From an uncultured Fidelibacterota bacterium (GTDB lineage Bacteria; Fidelibacterota; Marinisomatia; Marinisomatales; UBA1611), in contig CAJWHW010000009.1 of NCBI GenBank assembly GCA_913040915.1, positions 1 through 64,000 of the forward strand: 64,000 nucleotides of DNA, read 5' to 3'. Below, piece after piece: positions 31,251 to 40,675 of this stretch. Both the position numbers and the translations under genes were made by a program. The notes beneath the pieces are model-generated. The model searched no databases. It saw nothing but the letters and a program-made list of their open reading frames with translations, and had not been told where the DNA came from. The first letter of the stretch is position 1; each line of letters starts with the position of its first letter.

Positions 31251-31709
31251 TTATGTATTGAGCTCATTTTTATTTCCTTCCTTAACTGCAATCAATGCCA
31301 TGGATAAGAATAGAGCTTTATATACGAATTCATGAGCACTTATAACAAAAGCAATCCAATAGTGATTATTCAATAATAAAAAAATAAAAAGCGGGTGTAT
31401 AATAAATAAGGCAATATTATAAAGTGTTAGATATTTAATAGCTTGTCTTTTTTTATATACCCAAAGAAAGGAAATAGTCACCCAAAAATATCCATTAAAA
31501 GGTAAATTAAGAAATATATTAATAAATCGATCTGATTTTGACTCTATCCAATAATCATCCAGATCTGCATAAATATATAAATCATTATATTGAACGGTAT
31601 AATTCTGCAGGTAGGGAACAATTACATTTGAAACTATACTAATTTGAACTGGCCGGATTAAATAAAAATAAAAAATACGGAAAAGGTTAAAAATAAATTT
31701 AACCAGAAA
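31251..31709 (-). CDS. Exosortase-associated multi-pass membrane protein (start uncertain)
   Basis: The frame of the 76-aa track ORF stays open upstream to 31709 (about 152 codons: FLVKFIFNLFRIFYFYLIRPVQ...LPFNGYFWVTISFLWVYKKR...). It has several hydrophobic helices and no ATG/GTG/TTG near its 5' end. Confidence 0.6.
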   Translation of the reverse strand, partial: FLVKFIFNLFRIFYFYLIRPVQISIVSNVIVPYLQNYTVQYNDLYIYADLDDYWIESKSDRFINIFLNLPFNGYFWVTISFLWVYKKRQAIKYLTLYNIALFIIHPLFIFLLLNNHYWIAFVISAHEFVYKALFLSMALIAVKEGNKNELNT

Positions 31710-32256
31710 TTAAAATATCTCTTTCGTCGCTGATAAGGGTCCATAAATACCAAAATAATAAAACAATCGGATAAAAGAAAATATAAGAACTATAATCATG
31801 AGCAATTTGAAAGTATTGTGGCATATTCGCATTTATCACTGCGAATAATGCTATTCTAATGATATTTGCAAAATATAGAATGCTAAGACCAATCAATAAG
31901 AAGATTATCCGTTTTTTCCATAGTCCCGGGTAAGCAATAATAAATCCTCCATATAAACCTAAAAGATTCAAGCCATTACATCCATTTTGAATCTCTACGC
32001 CACTATGTCCTATACATTTTATAATCCTGCCGGAAACGTTAATCTCCCAACCCATAAAGCCTAATAAACTGCCGGCTAGATTTACCCCTGATATACTTAA
32101 AAATGTGTCTAAACTGCCATCAGGAAGTAAAAAGAGATTATACAAAAATTGCCAAGCTGCATAAACTCCACCGGCTTTTATTAAAAATTGAGTTAATGGT
32201 GATATAGATTTACTTTTTTCGATTATACAGTTTTTTCCAAGCCATAGCCCCGCCAA
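31699..32256 (-). CDS. Exosortase/archaeosortase family transpeptidase (XrtF/XrtX-like)
   Basis: Multi-TM protein with the catalytic-triad motifs VEIQNGCNGL (Cys), ANIIRI (Arg) and AHDYS (His). Start uncertain (TTG 32256). Confidence 0.85.
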   Translation of the reverse strand: MAGLWLGKNCIIEKSKSISPLTQFLIKAGGVYAAWQFLYNLFLLPDGSLDTFLSISGVNLAGSLLGFMGWEINVSGRIIKCIGHSGVEIQNGCNGLNLLGLYGGFIIAYPGLWKKRIIFLLIGLSILYFANIIRIALFAVINANMPQYFQIAHDYSSYIFFYPIVLLFWYLWTLISDERDILISG

Positions 32257-32386
32257 ATAACCCTAATAGCCCTAGACCACCAACGGGTGCCTGATCAGGA
32301 TTACTAGGAAAGTCAACTCCTTGTGCAGTTAGCCATGATAGATTTAAGATTACTAAAATATAGATCGCATATAATTTCAATTTCAT
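32210..32386 (-). CDS. 58-aa micro-protein with signal peptide and exosortase-type (PID-CTERM-like) C-terminal sorting signal
   Basis: Not in the ORF track. Manual translation: MKLKLYAIYILVILNLSWLTAQGVDFPSNPDQAPVGGLGLLGLFGGAMAWKKLYNRKK*. ATG lies 10 nt after the upstream gene's stop, and the gene is immediately 5' of the exosortase. Confidence 0.85.
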   Translation of the reverse strand: MKLKLYAIYILVILNLSWLTAQGVDFPSNPDQAPVGGLGLLGLFGGAMAWKKLYNRKK

Positions 32387-32396
32387 TACTTCTGCC

Positions 32397-34487
32397 CTAT
32401 TTAACGTATGTGACTTTTTCAGTAAGAGTCTTTCCAGATGTACTAAGTTGCATAAAATACACTCCAGACGGTAAGAATCCAGGTACCCAAGAATAACTGT
32501 GACTCCCTGGGTTAAGAGTCTTCTGAAAAATTGTCTCTACCAATGCACCTTTTATATCATATACATTTAAGGTAATAATACTGATATCTGGGCTATAAAA
32601 GCTAATATTTGTACTGGGATTAAATGGATTCGGATAAACAGGATATAAAGTAAAATCTTTTGGAAGAATTATATGAGGATCACTTTCTAATGATAAATAT
32701 GTTATGGATATCGTAAACCTTGGATCACCCAAAACTGGGTATGTACCTATAGGCCCATCATAAGTAGCAGCAAAGCTTCCCTTAGGCTCGGTAGTAAAAG
32801 TATATTCACTTTCATAGTTTAGGTAAATTTCCATCTCTGTCATATTATCGATCAAGATCATATTTATATGATCTGGGAGCTCGTCTTTATTCCAGGAAAG
32901 TGTTACTTCTCGTGATTCTGTAATATAATTTGATTCTTCAAGACTAAGACACATAACATCGAAAGGAACATAAACAGTACCTTCAAAATCATAAGGATAA
33001 CTATTAATCTTATAGGCATCTCCATCAACGATACTCATCATTGCAATACGGGACGAAGCCTGAAAAGGTAATAATAACTGAGACTCACCATCATCTACAC
33101 CAATCGTTCCGCCTTCAAAAAAAGAAAAATGGTGAGAAGACGTATGGCCATCGAAGGAAGCATTGAAAACCATCCTACCTACACTTTCTTCATCCACAGT
33201 CCTGTAAAAGGTCCCCGATGAGTTGCACCTGTCTGCCCTTTCAATAGTAATACTACCCGTTCCGCCGCTGGCTTGAACCCAGAATCCCTGAAAAGGTTCT
33301 ATATGTCCACCTATCAAATCTCCAGAGCTACCACTACTATTATAAGTTTTCCAGTCTGAATTAGCATCGTCCCAAATACTTATGGTGGTAGAAACAGATG
33401 TTTTTGAAATAAGATCCCAGTCAATTGTTGCTGCATAAGGATTTCCTGCCAAAGCGAATTCACCATCAGCTATACTCCCTAAAGAAGTACTGGAACTGTT
33501 CTCTGCGCCTGAGACACTCAAAGACACAGGAAGATCCGAGTCACCATCCCAGTCTGTATCCTCAAACACATAGATTAAAAAACCTGTACCTGCCGTCAGG
33601 CTCGCACCACCACCAGAACTCGATATATCAGTTAATGCTGTCCAACTTTGACTAGAAACATTCAAGGTCCAAACATTAGCTGCACCATCCGTTACATCTG
33701 CACCTGTCATTCCCTGAGTCCATAACTCCGCTAATAAATCACTAAAAACCTGTCCGGCAACAGGGCTAGACATCATACGAAAACCAGAATTACCAGAAAT
33801 AGATACGCTACGATATCCATCCCATGCACCAGGGTCAAAACCATTATTCGAAAAATAGGTTGTAGATTGTATAATTGAATTACCAGTATTTTGATCTACA
33901 CCTGCCAAAAATGTCTCATCATCACTCCAACAATTCCAAGCACTACTAGAAGAAGATGTCACTGCAGATGTTTGCGTAGACACACGCTCGGCACGACCAT
34001 CTTCAAACTCATGCCAATTCCCACTACCATCCGTTCCTGGGTTACCAAATATATCAATATAATCCCAAGTTGAAGAATTATTTGCAGCAAAACTTTGACC
34101 AGCTGCTTCCTTAACTATAGCATGGTTGTCATCTCCATTAGAATCGGCTGGGCCACCACTACCTTGATTAACAAGGGTAGTATTTGAGCCTACTTCAAAA
34201 GCCTCGCCAAACCCGCTAGAACTTTTAGCAAATATTAAAAATGCACCTGCTGCTAATGTATAACTACTCAAGTCAATAGCAGTCGAATTTGTAGCATTCG
34301 CATTACCATTTGTCCATCTAATTATATAATAATCTGTGAGATTAACAGATGAGCTTCCTGAATTATGAATTTCAATGTATCTACAACCATCATCATCATC
34401 AGGATCTGCTATCTCTGTTATAATTATATCCGCCTTTGAAAACATTGGTAAAAAAACAAAGATTAATACAAAATAAATTTGACCCAT
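32397..34487 (-). CDS. Secreted lamin-tail-domain protein with T9SS C-terminal sorting domain
   Basis: Signal peptide; LTD-like IIITEIADP..YIEIHNSGSSSVNLTDY; central GNPYAATIDW...PFQGFWVQA region; tail YPNPFNPST...YDIKG...LPSGVYF...KVTYVK. Confidence 0.85.
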   Translation of the reverse strand: MGQIYFVLIFVFLPMFSKADIIITEIADPDDDDGCRYIEIHNSGSSSVNLTDYYIIRWTNGNANATNSTAIDLSSYTLAAGAFLIFAKSSSGFGEAFEVGSNTTLVNQGSGGPADSNGDDNHAIVKEAAGQSFAANNSSTWDYIDIFGNPGTDGSGNWHEFEDGRAERVSTQTSAVTSSSSSAWNCWSDDETFLAGVDQNTGNSIIQSTTYFSNNGFDPGAWDGYRSVSISGNSGFRMMSSPVAGQVFSDLLAELWTQGMTGADVTDGAANVWTLNVSSQSWTALTDISSSGGGASLTAGTGFLIYVFEDTDWDGDSDLPVSLSVSGAENSSSTSLGSIADGEFALAGNPYAATIDWDLISKTSVSTTISIWDDANSDWKTYNSSGSSGDLIGGHIEPFQGFWVQASGGTGSITIERADRCNSSGTFYRTVDEESVGRMVFNASFDGHTSSHHFSFFEGGTIGVDDGESQLLLPFQASSRIAMMSIVDGDAYKINSYPYDFEGTVYVPFDVMCLSLEESNYITESREVTLSWNKDELPDHINMILIDNMTEMEIYLNYESEYTFTTEPKGSFAATYDGPIGTYPVLGDPRFTISITYLSLESDPHIILPKDFTLYPVYPNPFNPSTNISFYSPDISIITLNVYDIKGALVETIFQKTLNPGSHSYSWVPGFLPSGVYFMQLSTSGKTLTEKVTYVK

Positions 34488-34759
34488 AATATTAGTTGCC
34501 CCAACTTTCTTTATTTTTAAATAACAAATGTTAGTTTAATTTACCATAAACAAGAAAAAATTAATATTTGATAACCATTAGTTTAAAACTCTAATAGGTT
34601 AATAATTAAATACAACTTCATTATTCTTGCTTTAGAATTATAATAATTAAAATATTATAATCATTTAGCTTAAGTTTTATTAAGATAACAATTATTTTTA
34701 ATTCAGTAAAAATAAAAAACAATATTTATTAGGACCATATAAAATTTAATTTTATTAAC

Positions 34760-35752
34760 ATGAAAATTGGTGATTTACAAATTGAAACACCTGTTGTTCT
34801 AGCTCCAATGGCAGGTGTAACAGATTACCCATTTCGAATTTTATGTAAAGAGATGGGAGCTGGTATTGTTTACTCTGAATTTGTTTCTGCTGATGGAATA
34901 ATTCGTGAAAATACCAAAACTTTAGATCTAATTCACTTTGAAGAAGCGGAACGCCCAATTGGAATTCAAATTTTTGGTAGTGATGCAGAAACAATGAGCC
35001 AAGCAGCTCGCTTAGTGTATAAAAAGTTCCGACCTGATATTTTAGATATCAATTACGGATGCCCTGTTCCTAAAGTAACTAAAAAAGGCGGTGGTTCTGC
35101 TGCACTCCAAGATCTTTGTCTTATGGATGATATTACTACAGCTGTAATTGAAACAGTCCCTGAAATTCCCGTTACCGTTAAAATGCGTGCAGGTTGGAAT
35201 CAAGAAATGATTGTCATCCCGGAAGTTGGGGAACGCCTAGAAAAAATTGGTATTAAGGCCATTGCACTTCATCCTAGAACAACAAAGCAAAGATATACTG
35301 GAAAGGCAGATTGGAATTACATCAAACTATTAAAAGAAGCTGTTACAATACCAGTAATTGGCAATGGAGATGTCTGTACAATAGATGATATGATGTTTAT
35401 GTTTGAAAAAACTGGGTGTGATGCTGTCATGATTGGCCGAGCGGCTCAAGGAAATCCCTGGTTTTTTCGTGATGCTAAAGCAAGGTTAAATGGTGAACCA
35501 CCTATCCTTCCACCTACACTGTTAAATATCGCAGAAATTTGTAGCAGACATTTTGATTTGTTACTCCAATACCGTGGCGAAAGAACCGGTACAAATTTGA
35601 TGCGGAAACATTTTTCTAATTATATCAAAGGATTTCCTGGGGCTTCATCTTTTAGGCAAAAACTGGTCACAGCACCTGACCTTCTTGAAATGCGAGAAGC
35701 ATTGAACGCATTCAAGGAAAAAGCACTGGAAACCGAATTGGAATTGGATTAA
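34760..35752 (+). CDS. dusB: tRNA-dihydrouridine synthase B
   Basis: LAPMAGVTD, DINYGCPVPKV, VTVKMR, IGNGD and MIGR motifs. Confidence 0.92.
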   Translation: MKIGDLQIETPVVLAPMAGVTDYPFRILCKEMGAGIVYSEFVSADGIIRENTKTLDLIHFEEAERPIGIQIFGSDAETMSQAARLVYKKFRPDILDINYGCPVPKVTKKGGGSAALQDLCLMDDITTAVIETVPEIPVTVKMRAGWNQEMIVIPEVGERLEKIGIKAIALHPRTTKQRYTGKADWNYIKLLKEAVTIPVIGNGDVCTIDDMMFMFEKTGCDAVMIGRAAQGNPWFFRDAKARLNGEPPILPPTLLNIAEICSRHFDLLLQYRGERTGTNLMRKHFSNYIKGFPGASSFRQKLVTAPDLLEMREALNAFKEKALETELELD

Positions 35753-35849
35753 ATCAATAATTTTCATTCACAAAAAATAATATTAATCTAGATCATTACC
35801 TTTTAACCTAGTATCTCATTTAAATAATAACCTATCGATATGCTCTTCC

Positions 35850-35878
35850 TTGTATACCCAATTCCCTGCCGGTAATTT
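35850..35878 (+). promoter_or_regulatory. Candidate sigma70 promoter for pruA (TTGTAT-17-TAATTT)
   Basis: TTGTAT at 35850-35855, 17-nt spacer, TAATTT at 35873-35878, 45 nt before the ATG. Confidence 0.5.
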
Positions 35879-35923
35879 TACAAGCTTTTTTCAACCCTAA
35901 TTTATTCGTTAGAGAAATTTAAA

Positions 35924-37546
35924 ATGACCCAAATAATTAAAGCAGTTAATGAACCTGTAAATTCATTTGCAGCCGGCTCCCCTGAACGAGTTAATCTCCA
36001 AAACAAATACGATGAAATGGCTTCCCAAACTATAGAAATCCCTCTCATCATTGGTGGAAAAGAAATTAAAACAGGTGACACCGAATCCTGTGTCATGCCT
36101 CATGATCATCAACATATTTTAGCCACGTATCATAAAGCCAGCGCAGCAGAAGCCAATCAGGCCATTGATAACGCCATGAAAACCTGGAAAATCTGGTCCA
36201 AGACATCTTTACAAGAAAGAACAAAAATTTTTCGAAAAGCAGCAGTACTTCTTCAGGGTCCATGGCGTGACACTATTAATGCCGCCACTATGCTGAACCA
36301 AAGTAAAAATGCCCTTCAAGCTGAAATTGATTCTGCGTGTGAATTGATTGATTTCTTCAATTTTAATGCACAATACGCAGAAGAAATTTATGCAAACCAA
36401 CCATTGATTTCACCTGATGGCATGCATAATCATTTGGAATATCGTCCATTGGAAGGATTCGTTTTTGCTATCACACCTTTCAACTTTACATCCATTGCCG
36501 GGAACCTCCCAACTGCACCGGCACTAATGGGCAATGTAGCTCTCTGGAAACCTGCATCATCTGCTGTACTCCCTTGCTATTACCTAATGAAGATGTTAGA
36601 AGAAGCAGGCCTGCCTGAAGGTGTAATTAATTTCATTCCCGGATCCGGTGGAAAAGTTGGGAATCCTATATTGGCAAATCCAAATTTAGCCGGGGTTCAC
36701 TTCACAGGCTCCACAGAAACATTTCAACATATATGGAAAACTATCGGTACTCGAATTGAACAATATAAAACCTATCCAAGAATTGTTGGTGAAACGGGTG
36801 GTAAAGATTTCTGTTTGGCACATGAATCTGCTGATGTAGTTGAATTGGCTACTGCAATGATTCGTGGTGCATTTGAATTTCAAGGACAAAAATGTTCTGC
36901 TATGAGTCGGGCCTACATACCCACCACCATTTGGGATGAAGTAAAGGAAAAATATTTAGCTGAATTGGAAACAGTAAAAGTCGGGTCTCCTAGAGATTTT
37001 ACCAATTTCGTGAATGCTGTCATTGATAAACCTGCTTTTGATTCAATTGCATATTATATTGATTATGCATCTGAATCAGATGAAGCTGAATTACTTTCCG
37101 GCGGATCTTATGATGATTCCAAAGGGTATTTTATTCAGCCTACAACAATATTGACTACAAATCCGCATTTCAAAACTATGGAAGAAGAAATTTTCGGGCC
37201 TGTTTTAACTATTTATCTTTATGATCCAGAAGATTGGGATGCAATCATTGAACTTGTGGATTCAACGTCTCCATATGCACTTACTGGCTGCATCATGGGC
37301 TATGATAAAGTAGCCATGACCGAAGCAAAAGATCGCCTTGTTCATTCCGCTGGAAATTTTTATATCAATGATAAGCCTACAGGCGCTGTTGTTGGACAAC
37401 AGCCTTTTGGAGGCAGTCGAGCATCAGGAACAAATGACAAAGCAGGATCTGAATTAAATTTACAACGATGGATTTCCATCCGAACAGTGAAAGAAACATA
37501 TGATACACCCAAAGATTATCGATATCCTTTTTTACAGAAGGATTAA
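35924..37546 (+). CDS. pruA: L-glutamate gamma-semialdehyde (P5C) dehydrogenase
   Basis: NEPV, AEIDSACELIDF, PFNFT, FTGS, GETGGK, FQGQKCSA and QQPFGGSRASGTNDK motifs. Confidence 0.93.
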   Translation: MTQIIKAVNEPVNSFAAGSPERVNLQNKYDEMASQTIEIPLIIGGKEIKTGDTESCVMPHDHQHILATYHKASAAEANQAIDNAMKTWKIWSKTSLQERTKIFRKAAVLLQGPWRDTINAATMLNQSKNALQAEIDSACELIDFFNFNAQYAEEIYANQPLISPDGMHNHLEYRPLEGFVFAITPFNFTSIAGNLPTAPALMGNVALWKPASSAVLPCYYLMKMLEEAGLPEGVINFIPGSGGKVGNPILANPNLAGVHFTGSTETFQHIWKTIGTRIEQYKTYPRIVGETGGKDFCLAHESADVVELATAMIRGAFEFQGQKCSAMSRAYIPTTIWDEVKEKYLAELETVKVGSPRDFTNFVNAVIDKPAFDSIAYYIDYASESDEAELLSGGSYDDSKGYFIQPTTILTTNPHFKTMEEEIFGPVLTIYLYDPEDWDAIIELVDSTSPYALTGCIMGYDKVAMTEAKDRLVHSAGNFYINDKPTGAVVGQQPFGGSRASGTNDKAGSELNLQRWISIRTVKETYDTPKDYRYPFLQKD

Positions 37547-37594
37547 GAATCAGATTAATGTAAAGATCATTATGCTAAAGAATTCAAATTAAAT

Positions 37595-38545
37595 ATGTCT
37601 AATCGTACAGCCATGATTGCAATGGGAGGAAATTCATTATCGCCTAAAGGTGAAACAGGTGATATTCATCAACAATTTGCCCATACACGAGAGACTCTGG
37701 AAGGAATTGGGCATTTTATCGATCGGAACTACAACCTATGTATCAACCATGGTAATGGTCCCCAAGTTGGGAATGAACTACTCCGTATGGATCTAACCCA
37801 TGATGAGGTTCCTCCGCTTCCCTTGGGTGTGTGTGTGGCTGGTACGCAAGGTTCTATTGGCTATATGATTCAGCAATCTATGCAAAATAAATTACGGGAC
37901 ATGCAAATAGACCGGGAAGTGGTGACCATGGTTACCCAAGTGATTGTGGATGAAAATGAACCATCCATAAAAAATCCTATAAAATATGTTGGTGCACGTT
38001 ATAATAAAGATAAAGCTAAAGCTATGGCAGAAAAATTTGGATGGAGCATCAAAGAGCAAGAACCTGGACAATGGCGTCGTGTGGTTCCTTCTCCCATGCC
38101 GGAATATATCATGCATGGAAAATCCATCAAAGCACTTGTAGATCGAGGTACAATTGTAATTGCATCTGGAGGAGGCGGCATTCCTGTATTCAATGATCCA
38201 TCCGGACATTTAGAAGGATTAGATGCGGTCATAGATAAAGATTATACTGCAGCAAAATTGGGACGAATCATTCGAGCAGAAGAACTTTGGATTATTACTG
38301 ATGTGGACCATGTGTATCAAGACTTTGGAACAGATTCACAAAAACCAATTACATGTATGACACGTCAAGAAGTAAAAGAGCATTATGACTATGGTAAATT
38401 TCAAAAAGGCAGCATTGGTCCAAAAATCAAAGCAGCTTTACATTTTTTAAAATATCACGGGGAAAAAGTGATGATAACCTCTATTCCCTGCATTCAAGAC
38501 GCATTAGATGGAAAAGCAGGAACAGAAATAAGGAATGAAGCATGA
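37595..38545 (+). CDS. arcC: Carbamate kinase
   Basis: AMGGNS, HGNGPQVG, WRRVVPSP, GGGGIPV, AVIDKD and GSIGPK motifs. Confidence 0.92.
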   Translation: MSNRTAMIAMGGNSLSPKGETGDIHQQFAHTRETLEGIGHFIDRNYNLCINHGNGPQVGNELLRMDLTHDEVPPLPLGVCVAGTQGSIGYMIQQSMQNKLRDMQIDREVVTMVTQVIVDENEPSIKNPIKYVGARYNKDKAKAMAEKFGWSIKEQEPGQWRRVVPSPMPEYIMHGKSIKALVDRGTIVIASGGGGIPVFNDPSGHLEGLDAVIDKDYTAAKLGRIIRAEELWIITDVDHVYQDFGTDSQKPITCMTRQEVKEHYDYGKFQKGSIGPKIKAALHFLKYHGEKVMITSIPCIQDALDGKAGTEIRNEA

Positions 38546-39720
38546 AAGTACATGAATATCAGGGGAAAAAGATTTTTTCCAATTTTGGCATGCCAGTTCA
38601 GGATGGCTATATCTTTGAAAAATTAGAAGATGCTGAATCAACAATTAAGCGTGTTCAGAAAGATTTTGAAACAGAAGATGTAGTTATAAAAGCACAGATT
38701 CATGCGGGCGGACGTGGTAAAGGTGGTGGTGTAAAATATGCACCGAATTTTGACGAAGCATTAGAAAATGCGAAAAATATTTTTGGTATGAACCTAGTTA
38801 CACAACAAACAGGAAAAAAAGGTCAACTCGTTAAAAAAGTTTATGTGACTAAAGCATTTGATATTGCTGAAGAATATTATGCTGCGATTACGCTGGATAG
38901 AAGTAAAGGAATGGATGTTTTTATGGTATCTACGGAGGGCGGTGTGGAAATTGAAAAAGTCGCCGAAGAAACTCCTGAAAAAATTGCTAAAGTGTGGATT
39001 GATCCATTGTTGGGAATGAAATCTTTTCAAGCCAGAAAATTGGCATATGCACTAGGGTTATCAGATGATGCTTTAAAAGTTGCCATGAAAATATTTATTC
39101 AGATGTATCAATGCTACCAAGAGACAGATGCCACTATTGTGGAAGTGAATCCACTGGTCTTAACTCAAGACGGGAAAATTGTTGTTTTAGATGCAAAAAT
39201 GAACTTTGATGATAATGCTCTTTTTCGTCAAAAAGATATAGCTGTAATGCGTGATTTAGATGAAGAAGATCCTATGGAAGTTGAAGCAGGAAAATTCCAC
39301 TTGAATTATATTAAACTTGATGGAAACGTCGGCTGTATGGTCAATGGTGCAGGATTAGCTATGGCTACCATGGATATTATTAAACTATCTGGAGGTGAGC
39401 CTGCAAACTTCCTTGACGTGGGTGGGACTGCTTCTTCTGAAACCGTTAAAAACGGTTTCAGAATTATCTTATCAGATGAAAATGTTAAAGCTGTTTTGAT
39501 TAACATTTTTGGTGGTATTGTTCGGTGTGATCGTGTGGCTAATGGTGTAGTTCAAGCGGTAAAGGAATTAGGACTAAACGTCCCTGTAGTTGTTCGATTG
39601 GAAGGTACCAATGCAACGGAAGCTCAAAAGATACTTAGTGAGTCGGGTGTATCTATTATTCCTGCAATGGGTATGAAAGATGCTGCAGAAAAAGTTGTAA
39701 TAGCAGCATTAAACCAATAG
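38542..39720 (+). CDS. sucC: Succinyl-CoA synthetase beta subunit
   Basis: [32 protein letters not shown] and [10 protein letters not shown] motifs. Confidence 0.97.
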   Translation: MKVHEYQGKKIFSNFGMPVQDGYIFEKLEDAESTIKRVQKDFETEDVVIKAQIHAGGRGKGGGVKYAPNFDEALENAKNIFGMNLVTQQTGKKGQLVKKVYVTKAFDIAEEYYAAITLDRSKGMDVFMVSTEGGVEIEKVAEETPEKIAKVWIDPLLGMKSFQARKLAYALGLSDDALKVAMKIFIQMYQCYQETDATIVEVNPLVLTQDGKIVVLDAKMNFDDNALFRQKDIAVMRDLDEEDPMEVEAGKFHLNYIKLDGNVGCMVNGAGLAMATMDIIKLSGGEPANFLDVGGTASSETVKNGFRIILSDENVKAVLINIFGGIVRCDRVANGVVQAVKELGLNVPVVVRLEGTNATEAQKILSESGVSIIPAMGMKDAAEKVVIAALNQ

Positions 39721-39730
39721 GAGGTTTCAA

Positions 39731-40603
39731 ATGTCAATTTTAGTAAATAAAAATTCAAAGGTTGTCGTCCAAGGCATTACCGGATCAGAAGGTCAATTCC
39801 ATACGAGACAAATGCTAGAATATGGTACCAATATTGTCGCTGGTGTTACACCTGGTAAAGGTGGACAAAAAACATTAGATGAACGTATTCCTGTTTTTAA
39901 TTCAGTGGAAGAAGCAATTGCCCAAACCGGTGCGGATACATCAATCATTTTCGTACCTCCCCCCTTCGCAGCGGAAGCAGTAATGGAAGGTAGTTTTGCT
40001 GGACTAAAGGTGGTTGTATGTATTACAGAAGGAGTCCCGGTTCATGATATGGTAAAAGTTAAAAAAGTTGTAGATCAAAAGGGGACGAGACTCATTGGAC
40101 CCAACTGTCCTGGAATTATTACAGTAGATGAATGCAAATTAGGCATCATGCCAGGTTTTATTTGTCAAAAGGGTAATATTGGCGTTATTTCCAAATCTGG
40201 AACACTCACCTACGAAGCTATTGATCAATTGGTGAATGTTGGTTTAGGTCAAACCACTGCTATCGGTATTGGCGGTGATCCAGTTATTGGAACAACCATG
40301 AAAGATTGTATAGAGTTGTTTGAAACTGATCCTGAAACTGAGGGGATTGTGATCATCGGAGAGATTGGCGGACAAATGGAAATTGAAGCTGCTCGATGGT
40401 CCAATAATCATGTATCTAAACCTATTGTTGGATTTATTGCAGGCCAAACTGCCCCTCCAGGCCGAAGGATGGGCCATGCTGGTGCTATTGTTTCAGGAGG
40501 CGATGATACTGCAGAAGCAAAAATGAGAATATTAAATGAATGTGGTATTTCTGTTGCTGAATCTGTCGCAGATATTGGTGAATTGATGAAAACCGTTATA
40601 TAA
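39731..40603 (+). CDS. sucD: Succinyl-CoA synthetase alpha subunit
   Basis: QGITG, GPNCPG, SGTLTYE and RMGHAG (phospho-His) motifs. Confidence 0.97.
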   Translation: MSILVNKNSKVVVQGITGSEGQFHTRQMLEYGTNIVAGVTPGKGGQKTLDERIPVFNSVEEAIAQTGADTSIIFVPPPFAAEAVMEGSFAGLKVVVCITEGVPVHDMVKVKKVVDQKGTRLIGPNCPGIITVDECKLGIMPGFICQKGNIGVISKSGTLTYEAIDQLVNVGLGQTTAIGIGGDPVIGTTMKDCIELFETDPETEGIVIIGEIGGQMEIEAARWSNNHVSKPIVGFIAGQTAPPGRRMGHAGAIVSGGDDTAEAKMRILNECGISVAESVADIGELMKTVI

Positions 40604-40675
40604 AAATAATTCATGATGCCGAACTTTTCTTGAAAAAAACCAACAAATACCAATACAATTAAAGGAAAATAAATA

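Noticed and set aside
32213..32219. Classic slippery heptamer A-AAA-AAG just before the micro-protein stop, suggesting a frameshift fusion to the exosortase
   Set aside because: A -1 slip enters a frame that stops within a few codons (GTA AAT CTA TAT CAC CAT TAA). The exosortase is in the +1 frame, and Lys-Lys codons explain the A-run.
31141..34523. Similar AT-rich words (TCTTT..ATTT.AAATAA) near 31141 and 34508 as possible insertion direct repeats
   Set aside because: They are imperfect and low-complexity, as expected by chance at this AT content.
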